Assembly (NCBI GenBank): GCA_964648135.1
Contig: CAZYKN010000001.1
Span: 1 to 33,620 of the forward strand
Length of the DNA: 33,620 bases
Source: an uncultured Flavobacteriaceae bacterium
Lineage (GTDB): Bacteria; Bacteroidota; Bacteroidia; Flavobacteriales; Flavobacteriaceae
Reading direction: 5' to 3'
The position numbers and the translations under genes are program-made. The notes beneath the pieces are model-generated. The model was not told where the DNA came from. It did no database searches and saw only the letters and a program-made list of their open reading frames with translations. Positions 26,327 to 33,620 of this stretch are shown in pieces. How positions within the stretch are numbered: the stretch's first letter is position 1; the number at the start of each line of letters is the position of its first letter.

Positions 26327-27715
26327 ATGAAAAAACAGAAAGTAACAGCAGTTTTTGATATTGGTAAAACCAATAAGAAATTCTTTTTATTTGATAAGGA
26401 TTTTCAAGAAGTGTATCGCGAATATTCTTGTTTTGAAGAAATTACAGATGAAGATGGTCATCCAACAGAAGATTTGCAACGCTTACAAAAATGGCTAAAA
26501 ACACGTTTTGATCGTATTTTAAAAACAGGAAAATATAACATTACAGCTATAAATTTTTCTACTTATGGAGCAAGTTTTGTACATTTAGATAAAAACGGAA
26601 AAGTACTAACACCTTTATATAATTATACAAAAAAAATCCCTCAAAAAATTTTAAATGAATTTTATGCCAAGCATGGAGGAGAAAAATTAATTGCTTGCGA
26701 AACAGCTTCACCTCAAAATGGAGCTTTAAATTCTGGATTGCAATTATATTGGATTAAAAAAACCAAACCAGAAATTTTTAAGCAAATAAAACATTCACTT
26801 CATTTTCCACAATATTTATCTTATTTATTTACAGGAATACCATTAAGCGAATTTACAAGTATTGGTTGCCATACCAATTTATGGAATTTTAAAGATAATA
26901 CTTATCATAAATGGATTATTGAAGAAGGTATTGACGAGGTTTTAGCACCAATAGTATCTACTAAAACCAGTATAAATATGACATATCAAGGTAAAAAAAT
27001 TAGAATTGGTATTGGTATTCATGATAGTTCATCTTCATTATTACCGTATGTCTTAAGTAAGAAAAAACCATTTTTATTGCTTTCAACTGGAACTTGGAGT
27101 ATTGCTTTAAATCCATTTAACTATGAGGTTTTATCTCCAAAAGATTTAGAAAACAATTGCTTAAATTTTATGCGTATTGATGGAAAACGTGTAAAAGCTA
27201 CTCGATTTTTTATGGGAAATGAGTATCGTGTACAAGTAGAAAAACTAAGTAAATTTTATAAAAAAAAATACGGTTATCATAGAAACATTCGTTTTAATAA
27301 AACATTGTATTTAAGCTTAATCAATAACCCAAAAATCTATTTTAAATTTGAAGGGATAACTTTAAAAAGAAAACCTATTTCAAAAACCGATTTAAAAAAA
27401 TTTGATACTTTTGAAGAGGCTTTTCATCAATTAATGATAGAATTAATGCAATTACAAGTACAAACTATAAAAAATGCAATTGGAAATAATAAAGAAATTA
27501 GACAAATATATATTGATGGTGGTTTTACAGATAACGATGTTTTTATTAAACTAATGTCACATTACTTTAGTGGTTACAAAATAAGAACTTCAAAATCTTC
27601 TTTAGGTTCAGCTTTAGGCGCTGCTATGGTAATTTCTGATAAAAATATTAATTCTAAATTTTTAAAAGAAAATTATAAACTGGAAAAATTACCACCATTA
27701 TTACTAACAAATTAA
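26327..27715 (+). CDS. rhaB: FGGY-family sugar kinase, predicted rhamnulokinase
   Basis: 462 aa. FGGY motifs are AVFDIGKTNKKFFLFD, GIHDSSSSLLP, LSTGTWSI and YIDGGFTDN. It lies between rhaI and lldD. Specificity is inferred from context. Confidence 0.8.
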   Translation: MKKQKVTAVFDIGKTNKKFFLFDKDFQEVYREYSCFEEITDEDGHPTEDLQRLQKWLKTRFDRILKTGKYNITAINFSTYGASFVHLDKNGKVLTPLYNYTKKIPQKILNEFYAKHGGEKLIACETASPQNGALNSGLQLYWIKKTKPEIFKQIKHSLHFPQYLSYLFTGIPLSEFTSIGCHTNLWNFKDNTYHKWIIEEGIDEVLAPIVSTKTSINMTYQGKKIRIGIGIHDSSSSLLPYVLSKKKPFLLLSTGTWSIALNPFNYEVLSPKDLENNCLNFMRIDGKRVKATRFFMGNEYRVQVEKLSKFYKKKYGYHRNIRFNKTLYLSLINNPKIYFKFEGITLKRKPISKTDLKKFDTFEEAFHQLMIELMQLQVQTIKNAIGNNKEIRQIYIDGGFTDNDVFIKLMSHYFSGYKIRTSKSSLGSALGAAMVISDKNINSKFLKENYKLEKLPPLLLTN

Positions 27716-27853
27716 AACAAAAAGAGTATTAACTACAATCCTAAATATCCAACAATAGCAGATTTAAGACTAAAGGCAAAGAAAACAATTCCACGTTTTG
27801 CTTTTGAATACTTAGATGGAGGTTGCAATGCAGATGTAAACCTCTATAAAAAT

Positions 27854-28876
27854 ATGCGTAATATTCAAGAGGTAGAACTACGTCCAGAATATTTAAGTAA
27901 TCATATTAAATCATCACAAAAAACTGAATTATTTGGGGTTACTTACGATGCACCTTTTGGTATTGCACCTGTTGGTTTACAAGGATTAATGTGGCCAAAT
28001 GCTGCTGAAATATTGGCAAAATCTGCTGTTAATGCAAACATTCCTTTTATTTTAAGTACTGTTTCTACAAGTAGTATTGAGCGTATATCAGAAATTACTG
28101 AAGGTAAAGCATGGTTTCAGTTATACCATCCCGCAGAAAAAAAAGTAACCAATAATATATTAAAACGTGCTAAAGATTCTAGTTACGATGTCTTAGTTAT
28201 TTTAGCAGATGTACCAACTTTTGGTTATAGACCAAGAGATATAAAAAATGGATTAGCAATGCCTCCAAGAATGTCTATTCAAAATATATTACAGATTTTA
28301 GGAAAACCAAAATGGGCGTATAATACCTTAAAATATGGACAGCCAAGTTTTAAAACTTTAGAACCATATATGCCAAAAGGGTTAGATTTAAAACAATTAG
28401 GTGCTTTTATGGATGCAACTTTCTCAGGAAGATTGAACGAAGAAAAAATAAAAATTCTTAGAGACCAATGGAAAGGAAAAATAGTTATAAAAGGTGTAGA
28501 AAATAGTGTGGATGTAGAAAAGGCAATTGCTTTGGGTTTAGATGGAATTATCATTTCTAATCACGGAGGAAGACAGTTAGATGCAGGACAATCTACCATT
28601 AATTCCTTACAAGAAATTGTAAAAAAGTATAAAGACAAAACTAAAATTATGATTGATGGAGGTATTCGTTCAGGACCAGATATTGCTAGAATGATGGCAT
28701 CTGGAGCAGAATTTACCTTTATGGGAAGACCATTTATGTATGGCGTTTCTGCTCTTGGAAAAAAAGGAGGAGATCACACTATAAATATTCTAAAAGTACA
28801 ATTACAACAAATAATGGAACAATTATGTTGTCAAACCACAACCGATTTTCCAAATCATTTAATAAAAAGAAAATGA
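27854..28876 (+). CDS. lldD: FMN-dependent alpha-hydroxy-acid (L-lactate) dehydrogenase/oxidase; coordinates give the ATG-initiated part only
   Basis: TIM-barrel FMN-enzyme motifs are APVGLQGL, FILSTVSTSSIE, WFQLY, IIISNHGGRQLD, DGGIRSGPDI and GRPFMYG. Family-typical N-terminal sequence (IPRFAFEYLDGGCNADVNLYKN) continues in frame upstream to 27716. That stretch has no ATG, GTG or TTG (see finding). Confidence 0.85.
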   Translation: MRNIQEVELRPEYLSNHIKSSQKTELFGVTYDAPFGIAPVGLQGLMWPNAAEILAKSAVNANIPFILSTVSTSSIERISEITEGKAWFQLYHPAEKKVTNNILKRAKDSSYDVLVILADVPTFGYRPRDIKNGLAMPPRMSIQNILQILGKPKWAYNTLKYGQPSFKTLEPYMPKGLDLKQLGAFMDATFSGRLNEEKIKILRDQWKGKIVIKGVENSVDVEKAIALGLDGIIISNHGGRQLDAGQSTINSLQEIVKKYKDKTKIMIDGGIRSGPDIARMMASGAEFTFMGRPFMYGVSALGKKGGDHTINILKVQLQQIMEQLCCQTTTDFPNHLIKRK

Positions 28877-29916
28877 GTAAAAGACATTCCATATTCCGTA
28901 AAGGTAAAAGAACTTCTATACAAATTTTAAAGGACGTTAATTTGCCATTTTATATGATTAGCTTATTAATCGCCACATTTCTTTTAACTTCTTGCTCCTC
29001 AAATTCATCAACAAAAATTATTAAACTGGCTCATGGCTTAGATGTCAATCATCCTGTGCATAAAGCAATGATTTTTATGGGAAAAGAATTAGAAAAAAAT
29101 TCTGAAGGTAAAATGAAACTCGAAATTTATCCTAATTCACAATTAGGTTCAGAACGTCAATGTTTAGAATTATTGCAAATAGGGAGTTTAGGGATGACCA
29201 AAGTATCAGCAGCAGTTATGGAGAATTTTTCACCTAATATGAAAGTTTTTGGGTTACCATTCCTATTTAAAAATAAAGCCCATCGTTTTAAAGTATTAGA
29301 TGGTAAAATAGGTGAAAAGCTTCTAAATGGAGGAATTCCATTTTGGTTAAAAGGGCTAGGATATTATGATGCAGGAAGTAGAAGTTTTTATACTAAATCA
29401 AAACAAATATATAGTCCAAAAAATTTAAAAGGAATGAAAATACGGGTCATGGAAAGTGCCACTGCAATGGAAATGGTTAAAAAACTTGGAGGATCTCCAA
29501 CACCAATTTCGGCAGGAGAATTATATACAGCTTTACAACAAGGAGTGGTTGATGGTGCTGAAAATAATCCACCTACGTTTTATCTTTCAGGTCAATACGA
29601 GGTTTGCAAGTATTATTCTCTAGATGAACATACTGCAATTCCTGATGTTTTGGTAATAAGTACGCATCTTTGGAATAAATTAAATAATCAAGAAAAAAAG
29701 TGGTTACAAGATGCAGTTAATAAATCTGTTATTTATCAAAGAGAATTATGGAAACAATCTGAAAATAAAGCTCTTGCTGCTGTAAAAAAAGCAGGTGTTG
29801 AAGTAGTAACACCAGATAAATCTAAATTTACTGAAAAAGTAAAAACAATGTTTGATGAATATAAAGACGATAAAGAAGTATATGGTTTAATCCAACAAAT
29901 TAAAGCAATCAATTAA
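28873..29916 (+). CDS. dctP: TRAP transporter substrate-binding protein (DctP family), probable lipoprotein
   Basis: DctP-type motifs are IKLAHGLDVNHPVHKA, IYPNSQLGSERQ and YYDAGSRSFYT, which holds the conserved Arg. A lipobox is present (FLLTSCSS). The ATG at 28873 overlaps the lldD stop (ATGA). Alternative starts are 28825 (ORF track) and 28954. Confidence 0.88.
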   Translation: MSKRHSIFRKGKRTSIQILKDVNLPFYMISLLIATFLLTSCSSNSSTKIIKLAHGLDVNHPVHKAMIFMGKELEKNSEGKMKLEIYPNSQLGSERQCLELLQIGSLGMTKVSAAVMENFSPNMKVFGLPFLFKNKAHRFKVLDGKIGEKLLNGGIPFWLKGLGYYDAGSRSFYTKSKQIYSPKNLKGMKIRVMESATAMEMVKKLGGSPTPISAGELYTALQQGVVDGAENNPPTFYLSGQYEVCKYYSLDEHTAIPDVLVISTHLWNKLNNQEKKWLQDAVNKSVIYQRELWKQSENKALAAVKKAGVEVVTPDKSKFTEKVKTMFDEYKDDKEVYGLIQQIKAIN

Positions 29917-29918
29917 TT

Positions 29919-30374
29919 ATGATACGAAAAAAAATAGATAGGTATATTGCTAATTTTTTAGCATTTATATTGGCTTTTATGGTACTAAATGTACTTTGGC
30001 AAGTTTTTACACGCTTTGTTCTTAGTAATCCAAGTTCTTTTACTGATGAACTGGCTCGTTATTTAATGATTTGGGTTGGTCTATTAGGAGCAGCTTACGT
30101 TTCAGGAAAAAATGGTCACGTAGCTATTGATGTATTGTCCAAAAAATTAAATGATAAAAAGAAGAAAAATTTGGACTTTTTTGTACACAGTTTAATTTTT
30201 GTTTTTGCTTTATTGGTTTTGGTAATTGGTGGTTTGCGATTGGTATATATTACAGCAAAACTAAACCAACATTCACCTGCTTTAAATATACCTTTAGCCG
30301 TTGTTTACGCAGTAATTCCATTAAGTGGATTGCTAATTATGTATTATAAATTTAACGATTTAATTACTAAATAA
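29919..30374 (+). CDS. dctQ: TRAP transporter small permease (DctQ)
   Basis: 151-aa protein with four hydrophobic segments, located between the dctP and dctM genes. It starts 2 nt after the dctP stop. Confidence 0.88.
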   Translation: MIRKKIDRYIANFLAFILAFMVLNVLWQVFTRFVLSNPSSFTDELARYLMIWVGLLGAAYVSGKNGHVAIDVLSKKLNDKKKKNLDFFVHSLIFVFALLVLVIGGLRLVYITAKLNQHSPALNIPLAVVYAVIPLSGLLIMYYKFNDLITK

Positions 30375-30375
30375 T

Positions 30376-31674
30376 ATGATGGAGTTTTTACCAATAACTA
30401 TTTTAGTATGCAGTTTTATCGTTTTATTAGCGTTAAAAGTACCTGTTGCATGGAGTATTGCCATTGCATCATTATTAACAATGCTTATTAGTATTCCTTT
30501 TTTACCAGCAGTTACAACTATTTCTCAACGTATGACTACTGGCTTAGATAGTTTTGCTTTACTTGCTATTCCCTTTTTTATTTTATCTGGTCAAGTAATG
30601 AATAATGGAGGAATTGCCAAACGATTAATAAATTTTGCTAAAACCATAATAGGTTCCTTACCTGGAGGTTTAGCCTTAATAAATATTGTTTCTGCAATGA
30701 TGATGGGAGCTATCGCAGGTTCTGCAATGGCATCAGCTTCAGCAATGGGAAGTATATTAGGCCCAGAAATGGAAAAAGAAGGATATTCTAGAGAATTTGG
30801 TGCAGCAGTAAATATAACCTCAGCAACTACAGGATTATTAATTCCACCGAGTAATGTGTTAATAGTTTATTCCTTAGCAAGTGGTGGCGTTTCAATAGCT
30901 GCATTATTTTTGGCAGGTTATATTCCAGGAATTTTAACTGGTTTATTTTTAATGATTGTAGCCATGTTTTGGGCAAAAAAGAAAGGATATAAAACACAAA
31001 AACGCAGTTCATTAAAAGAAGTGTTTAATACATTTATAAAAGCAATACCAAGTTTGTTTTTATTAGTTATAGTTATTGGAGGAATTGTTGCAGGAATTTT
31101 TACAGCAACCGAAGCATCAGCAATAGCTGTATTATACACTGCTCTATTAGCTTTTTGGTATAAAGAAATAAAAGTAAAAGATTTACCAGAAATTTTAGTC
31201 GAAAGTGTAAAAACAACCGCAGTTGTAATGCTTTTAATTGGAGCTTCCATGAGTATGTCTTGGATTATGTCTTATGAAAATATGCCACAAGATTTAAGTA
31301 ATGCCTTATTAGGAATGAGCCAAAATAAATTCACCATTTTATTAATCATCAATTTAATCTTATTGTTTGTTGGAATATTTATGGATATGACACCTGCAAT
31401 TTTAATATTTACACCAATATTTTTACCAATAGTTACCAAATTAGGTATTAATCCAGTACATTTTGGTATTATAATGATACTAAATTTGTCTATAGGTCTA
31501 TGTACTCCACCAGTTGGATCAGTATTATTTGTAGGTGTTGGTATTGCCAAAACAACCATAGAAAAAGTTATAAAACCATTAATACCATTATATATTGCAA
31601 TGATTATAGCCTTAATTATTATCACGTATTTTCCAATGATAAGTTTATGGTTACCAAAAGTTTTTGGAGTATAA
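30376..31674 (+). CDS. dctM: TRAP transporter large permease (DctM)
   Basis: 432-aa polytopic membrane protein. DctM-like segments are IPFFILSGQVMNNGGIAKRL and MGAIAGSAMASASAMG. It starts 1 nt after the dctQ stop. Confidence 0.92.
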   Translation: MMEFLPITILVCSFIVLLALKVPVAWSIAIASLLTMLISIPFLPAVTTISQRMTTGLDSFALLAIPFFILSGQVMNNGGIAKRLINFAKTIIGSLPGGLALINIVSAMMMGAIAGSAMASASAMGSILGPEMEKEGYSREFGAAVNITSATTGLLIPPSNVLIVYSLASGGVSIAALFLAGYIPGILTGLFLMIVAMFWAKKKGYKTQKRSSLKEVFNTFIKAIPSLFLLVIVIGGIVAGIFTATEASAIAVLYTALLAFWYKEIKVKDLPEILVESVKTTAVVMLLIGASMSMSWIMSYENMPQDLSNALLGMSQNKFTILLIINLILLFVGIFMDMTPAILIFTPIFLPIVTKLGINPVHFGIIMILNLSIGLCTPPVGSVLFVGVGIAKTTIEKVIKPLIPLYIAMIIALIIITYFPMISLWLPKVFGV

Positions 31675-31719
31675 TTTAGATAAAATAAAAATAAATTCCG
31701 TAGAAAAAAATAAAAAATA

Positions 31720-32763
31720 ATGAAAAATAAAATCGTTACCTTTGGAGAAATAATGTTGCGTTTATCACCACCAAATTATTTGCGTTTTTCACAAACAAAT
31801 AGTTTTGATGTAGTTTACGGTGGTGGAGAAAGCAATGTGGCAGTTTCGTTAGCTAATTATGGTGTAAATGTAGATTTTGTAACACGCTTACCAGATAATG
31901 ATATTGGTAAATGTGCCTTTATGGAAATGCGAAAACGTGGTGTTGGTACAGATAAAATAATTTTTGGAGGTGATCGTCTAGGAATTTATTTTTTAGAAAC
32001 AGGTGCTGTTTCAAGAGGCAGTAAAGTAGTTTATGATAGAGCGCATTCCGCTATTGCAGAAGTTAAACCTGGAATGATGGATTGGAAAACTATTTTTAAA
32101 GATGCTAATTGGTTTCATTGGACAGGTATTACACCAGCAATTTCTCAATCTGCTGCTACAGTTTGTCTAGAAGCGGTAAAAGTTGCAAGTGATATGGGTT
32201 TAACCATTTCAACGGATTTAAATTATAGAAGCAAACTATGGAAATACGGTGTAAAACCAGAAAAAATAATGACTGAATTAACTAGTTATTGTGATATTAT
32301 ATTGGGAAATGAAGAAGATGCAGAAAAACATTTTGGTATTAAACCAGAAGGGTTAAATATAACTAAAGATGCTCATAAAGTGAAAGCTGAGGCATTTCTA
32401 TCGGTTTGTAAACAACTAATGAAAAAATTCCCAAAAGCTAAAAAGGTAATTACCACATTAAGAGGTTCTATAAGTGCTTCACACAATACTTGGGCAGGTG
32501 TTTTGTACGATGGAAAAACCCTTTTTAAGTCTAAAGAATATCAAATTACACATATTGTAGATCGTGTTGGTGGAGGAGATAGTTTTATGGGTGGTTTAAT
32601 ATACGGTTTACTAAAAAATCCAAATAACAACCAAAAGGCATTAGATTTTGCTGTTGCAGCTTCGTGTTTAAAACACACCATAAAAGGCGATGCTAATTTG
32701 GTTACGGTAGCAGAAGTAGAAAAATTAGTGAATGGCGATGCCTCTGGAAGAGTAGTAAGATAA
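31720..32763 (+). CDS. kdgK: 2-dehydro-3-deoxygluconokinase (PfkB family)
   Basis: 347 aa. Motifs are VTFGEIMLRLSPP, GGGESNVAVSLANYG and the PfkB ATP motif DRVGGGDSFMGGLIYGL. It lies next to a KDPG aldolase gene and kduI. Confidence 0.9.
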   Translation: MKNKIVTFGEIMLRLSPPNYLRFSQTNSFDVVYGGGESNVAVSLANYGVNVDFVTRLPDNDIGKCAFMEMRKRGVGTDKIIFGGDRLGIYFLETGAVSRGSKVVYDRAHSAIAEVKPGMMDWKTIFKDANWFHWTGITPAISQSAATVCLEAVKVASDMGLTISTDLNYRSKLWKYGVKPEKIMTELTSYCDIILGNEEDAEKHFGIKPEGLNITKDAHKVKAEAFLSVCKQLMKKFPKAKKVITTLRGSISASHNTWAGVLYDGKTLFKSKEYQITHIVDRVGGGDSFMGGLIYGLLKNPNNNQKALDFAVAASCLKHTIKGDANLVTVAEVEKLVNGDASGRVVR

Positions 32764-32773
32764 AATTAATTCA

Positions 32774-32806
32774 TTGCAAACTTTGCAAAATATTTGCGAA
32801 CTTTGC
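32774..32806 (+). promoter_or_regulatory. Palindrome/direct-repeat element TTGCAAAcTTTGCAA ... TTGCGAACTTTGC between kdgK and kdgA
   Basis: A perfect 7-1-7 palindrome lies at 32774..32788. A 13-nt near-copy (12 of 13) lies exactly 20 nt downstream at 32794..32806. The element ends 16 nt before the kdgA ATG. It is a candidate operator or internal promoter. Confidence 0.3.
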
Positions 32807-32822
32807 GGTCAATAAACATAGA

Positions 32823-33500
32823 ATGGCAAAATATACAAGAATACAAGTAGCAACAATTATGGAGCAAACAGGTTTAGTTCCATTATTTTATACGGATGAT
32901 ATTCAACTAGCCAAAAAGGTGCTTAAAGCTTGTTATAACGGAGGTGCTAGATTGTTAGAATTTACTAATAGAGGTGATTTTGCACACGAAATTTTTACAG
33001 AATTAAACAAATATGCTTTAGCTGAATTAAATGGTATGGTTTTAGGCGTTGGTTCTGTAACCGATGCAGGAACCGCTTCTTTATATATGCAATTAGGAGC
33101 AAATTTTATAGTAACTCCAGTTTTACGTGAAGATATTGCTTTGGTTTGTAACCGAAGAAAAGTACTTTGGAGTGCAGGTTGTGGTTCACTTACTGAAATA
33201 GCAAGAGCCGAAGAATTAGGTGCAGAAATTGTAAAATTATTTCCTGGAGGAATTTATGGAGCTAATTTTGTAAAAGCCATTAAAGGACCTTGTCCGTGGA
33301 CAAGTATTATGCCTACAGGAGGTGTTTCGCCTACAATAGAAAATTTAAGTGCTTGGTTTAATGCTGGTGCATCTTGTGTTGGAATGGGCTCTAAGTTAAT
33401 TACAAAAGAAATTTTAAAAAGTGGTAATTTTAAGGAATTGGAAAATCAAGTTTCAAATACTATAAAAATTATTAAAGAATTAAAAAATAAGAAGAAATAA
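32823..33500 (+). CDS. kdgA: 2-dehydro-3-deoxy-6-phosphogluconate (KDPG) / 4-hydroxy-2-oxoglutarate aldolase
   Basis: 225 aa of the Eda/KdgA family. Motifs are GLVPLFY, GGARLLEFTNRG, the Schiff-base lysine region GAEIVKLFPGG, and PTGGVSP. Confidence 0.9.
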   Translation: MAKYTRIQVATIMEQTGLVPLFYTDDIQLAKKVLKACYNGGARLLEFTNRGDFAHEIFTELNKYALAELNGMVLGVGSVTDAGTASLYMQLGANFIVTPVLREDIALVCNRRKVLWSAGCGSLTEIARAEELGAEIVKLFPGGIYGANFVKAIKGPCPWTSIMPTGGVSPTIENLSAWFNAGASCVGMGSKLITKEILKSGNFKELENQVSNTIKIIKELKNKKK

Positions 33501-33511
33501 ATAATACTAAA

Positions 33512-33620
33512 ATGAGCAAAAATTATAAAGTACGATACGCTTCTAGTCCTAAAGAAGTAAAAAAAATGAACACCAAACAATTAAGAAAAGAATTTTTAAT
33601 TAAAAAGGTAATGCGTATAA
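33512..33620 (+). CDS. kduI: 5-dehydro-4-deoxy-D-glucuronate isomerase, 5' fragment that runs off the window
   Basis: MSKNYKVRYASSPKEVKKMNTKQLRKEFLIKKVMRI matches the KduI N-terminus as I remember it (E. coli ...TLDTQGLRNEFLVEKVF...). Only 36 codons are visible. Confidence 0.7.
   Translation, partial: MSKNYKVRYASSPKEVKKMNTKQLRKEFLIKKVMRI

Noticed and set aside
21476-27268. Homopolymer runs that might act as phase-variation switches: T9 at 21476..21484 and 22131..22139 in the regulator gene, and A9 at 27260..27268 in rhaB
   Set aside because: They encode Lys-rich stretches, which are common in AT-rich genomes. All three genes are in frame and full length. Nothing indicates slipped-strand variation from a single sequence.
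28825-28872. Upstream extension of the dctP ORF overlapping the 3' end of lldD by 52 nt
   Set aside because: The ATG at 28873 forms a classic ATGA stop/start overlap with lldD. The extra 16 residues (MLSNHNRFSKSFNKKK) have no DctP-like or signal-peptide character.
2569-31625. Short antisense or embedded ORFs from the six-frame track. They are 2569..2769, 5507..5695, 7243..7524, 8143..8457, 9097..9318, 9470..9673, 9850..10032, 13664..13852, 13681..13965, 14781..14978, 17178..17405, 17233..17517, 18949..19158, 19684..19929, 20149..20370, 20712..20939, 24052..24255, 24394..24585, 28279..28554, 30827..31012, 30918..31250 and 31272..31625.
   Set aside because: Each lies wholly inside a much longer ORF with clear family motifs, most on the opposite strand and one (13664..13852) in another frame of the same strand. 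Their translations are low-complexity (I/F/K/L/S-rich), as expected for alternative-frame or antisense reading of AT-rich coding DNA. None has a recognisable motif.
1-33620. Scan for tRNA/rRNA genes, CRISPR arrays, transposases, integrases, toxin-antitoxin or defence genes, and S1 sulfatases (C/S-x-P-x-R motif proteins)
   Set aside because: None was seen. Every ORF over 150 aa has a metabolic, transport or regulatory assignment. Intergenic regions show no G/C-rich structured segments or spaced direct repeats.

Overview
This is a visibly AT-rich Bacteroidota (Flavobacteriia-like) chromosomal segment. Supporting signs are a SusC/SusD pair, many lipoprotein signals, TAnnTTTG-type promoter boxes and no Shine-Dalgarno-style spacing. 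The whole window reads as one polysaccharide-utilisation locus (PUL) joined to the matching monosaccharide catabolism.

Plus strand, 485-10791: susC, susD, a lipoprotein with two 7-repeat FG-GAP/VCBS arrays around an UnbV/ASPIC domain, and a BglX-like GH3.

Convergent minus-strand operon, 21168 down to 10876: a translationally coupled cytoplasmic trio (PhyH-type Fe/2OG dioxygenase, creatininase-fold hydrolase, aldo/keto reductase), the RhaT rhamnose/H+ symporter, a deacetylase plus alpha/beta-hydrolase fusion, a small jelly-roll polysaccharide-lyase-like lipoprotein, a GH78 rhamnosidase and a GH88 unsaturated glucuronyl hydrolase. An AraR-like GntR/sugar-binding regulator sits directly upstream of this operon.

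Plus strand, 22871 to the window end: rhaEW-rhaI-rhaB-lldD (rhamnose to DHAP plus pyruvate), a TRAP transporter (dctPQM), kdgK, kdgA/eda and the 5' end of kduI (unsaturated uronate to pyruvate plus GAP).

The gene content predicts a rhamnose plus glucuronate/iduronate glycan, probably acylated and ulvan-like. However, I see no S1 sulfatase, HTCS/ECF regulator, mobile element, RNA gene or CRISPR array in the window.

Most noteworthy:
- The unexplained dioxygenase/amidohydrolase/reductase cassette co-transcribed with rhaT.
- A 17-nt element shared by the promoters of the locus.
- An lldD homologue whose conserved N-terminus has no canonical start codon and lies in frame behind the rhaB stop.
- The double FG-GAP/VCBS-repeat (predicted beta-propeller) protein in the surface-glycan-binding slot.

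All family calls come from reading motifs and domain order by eye. No database search was run.
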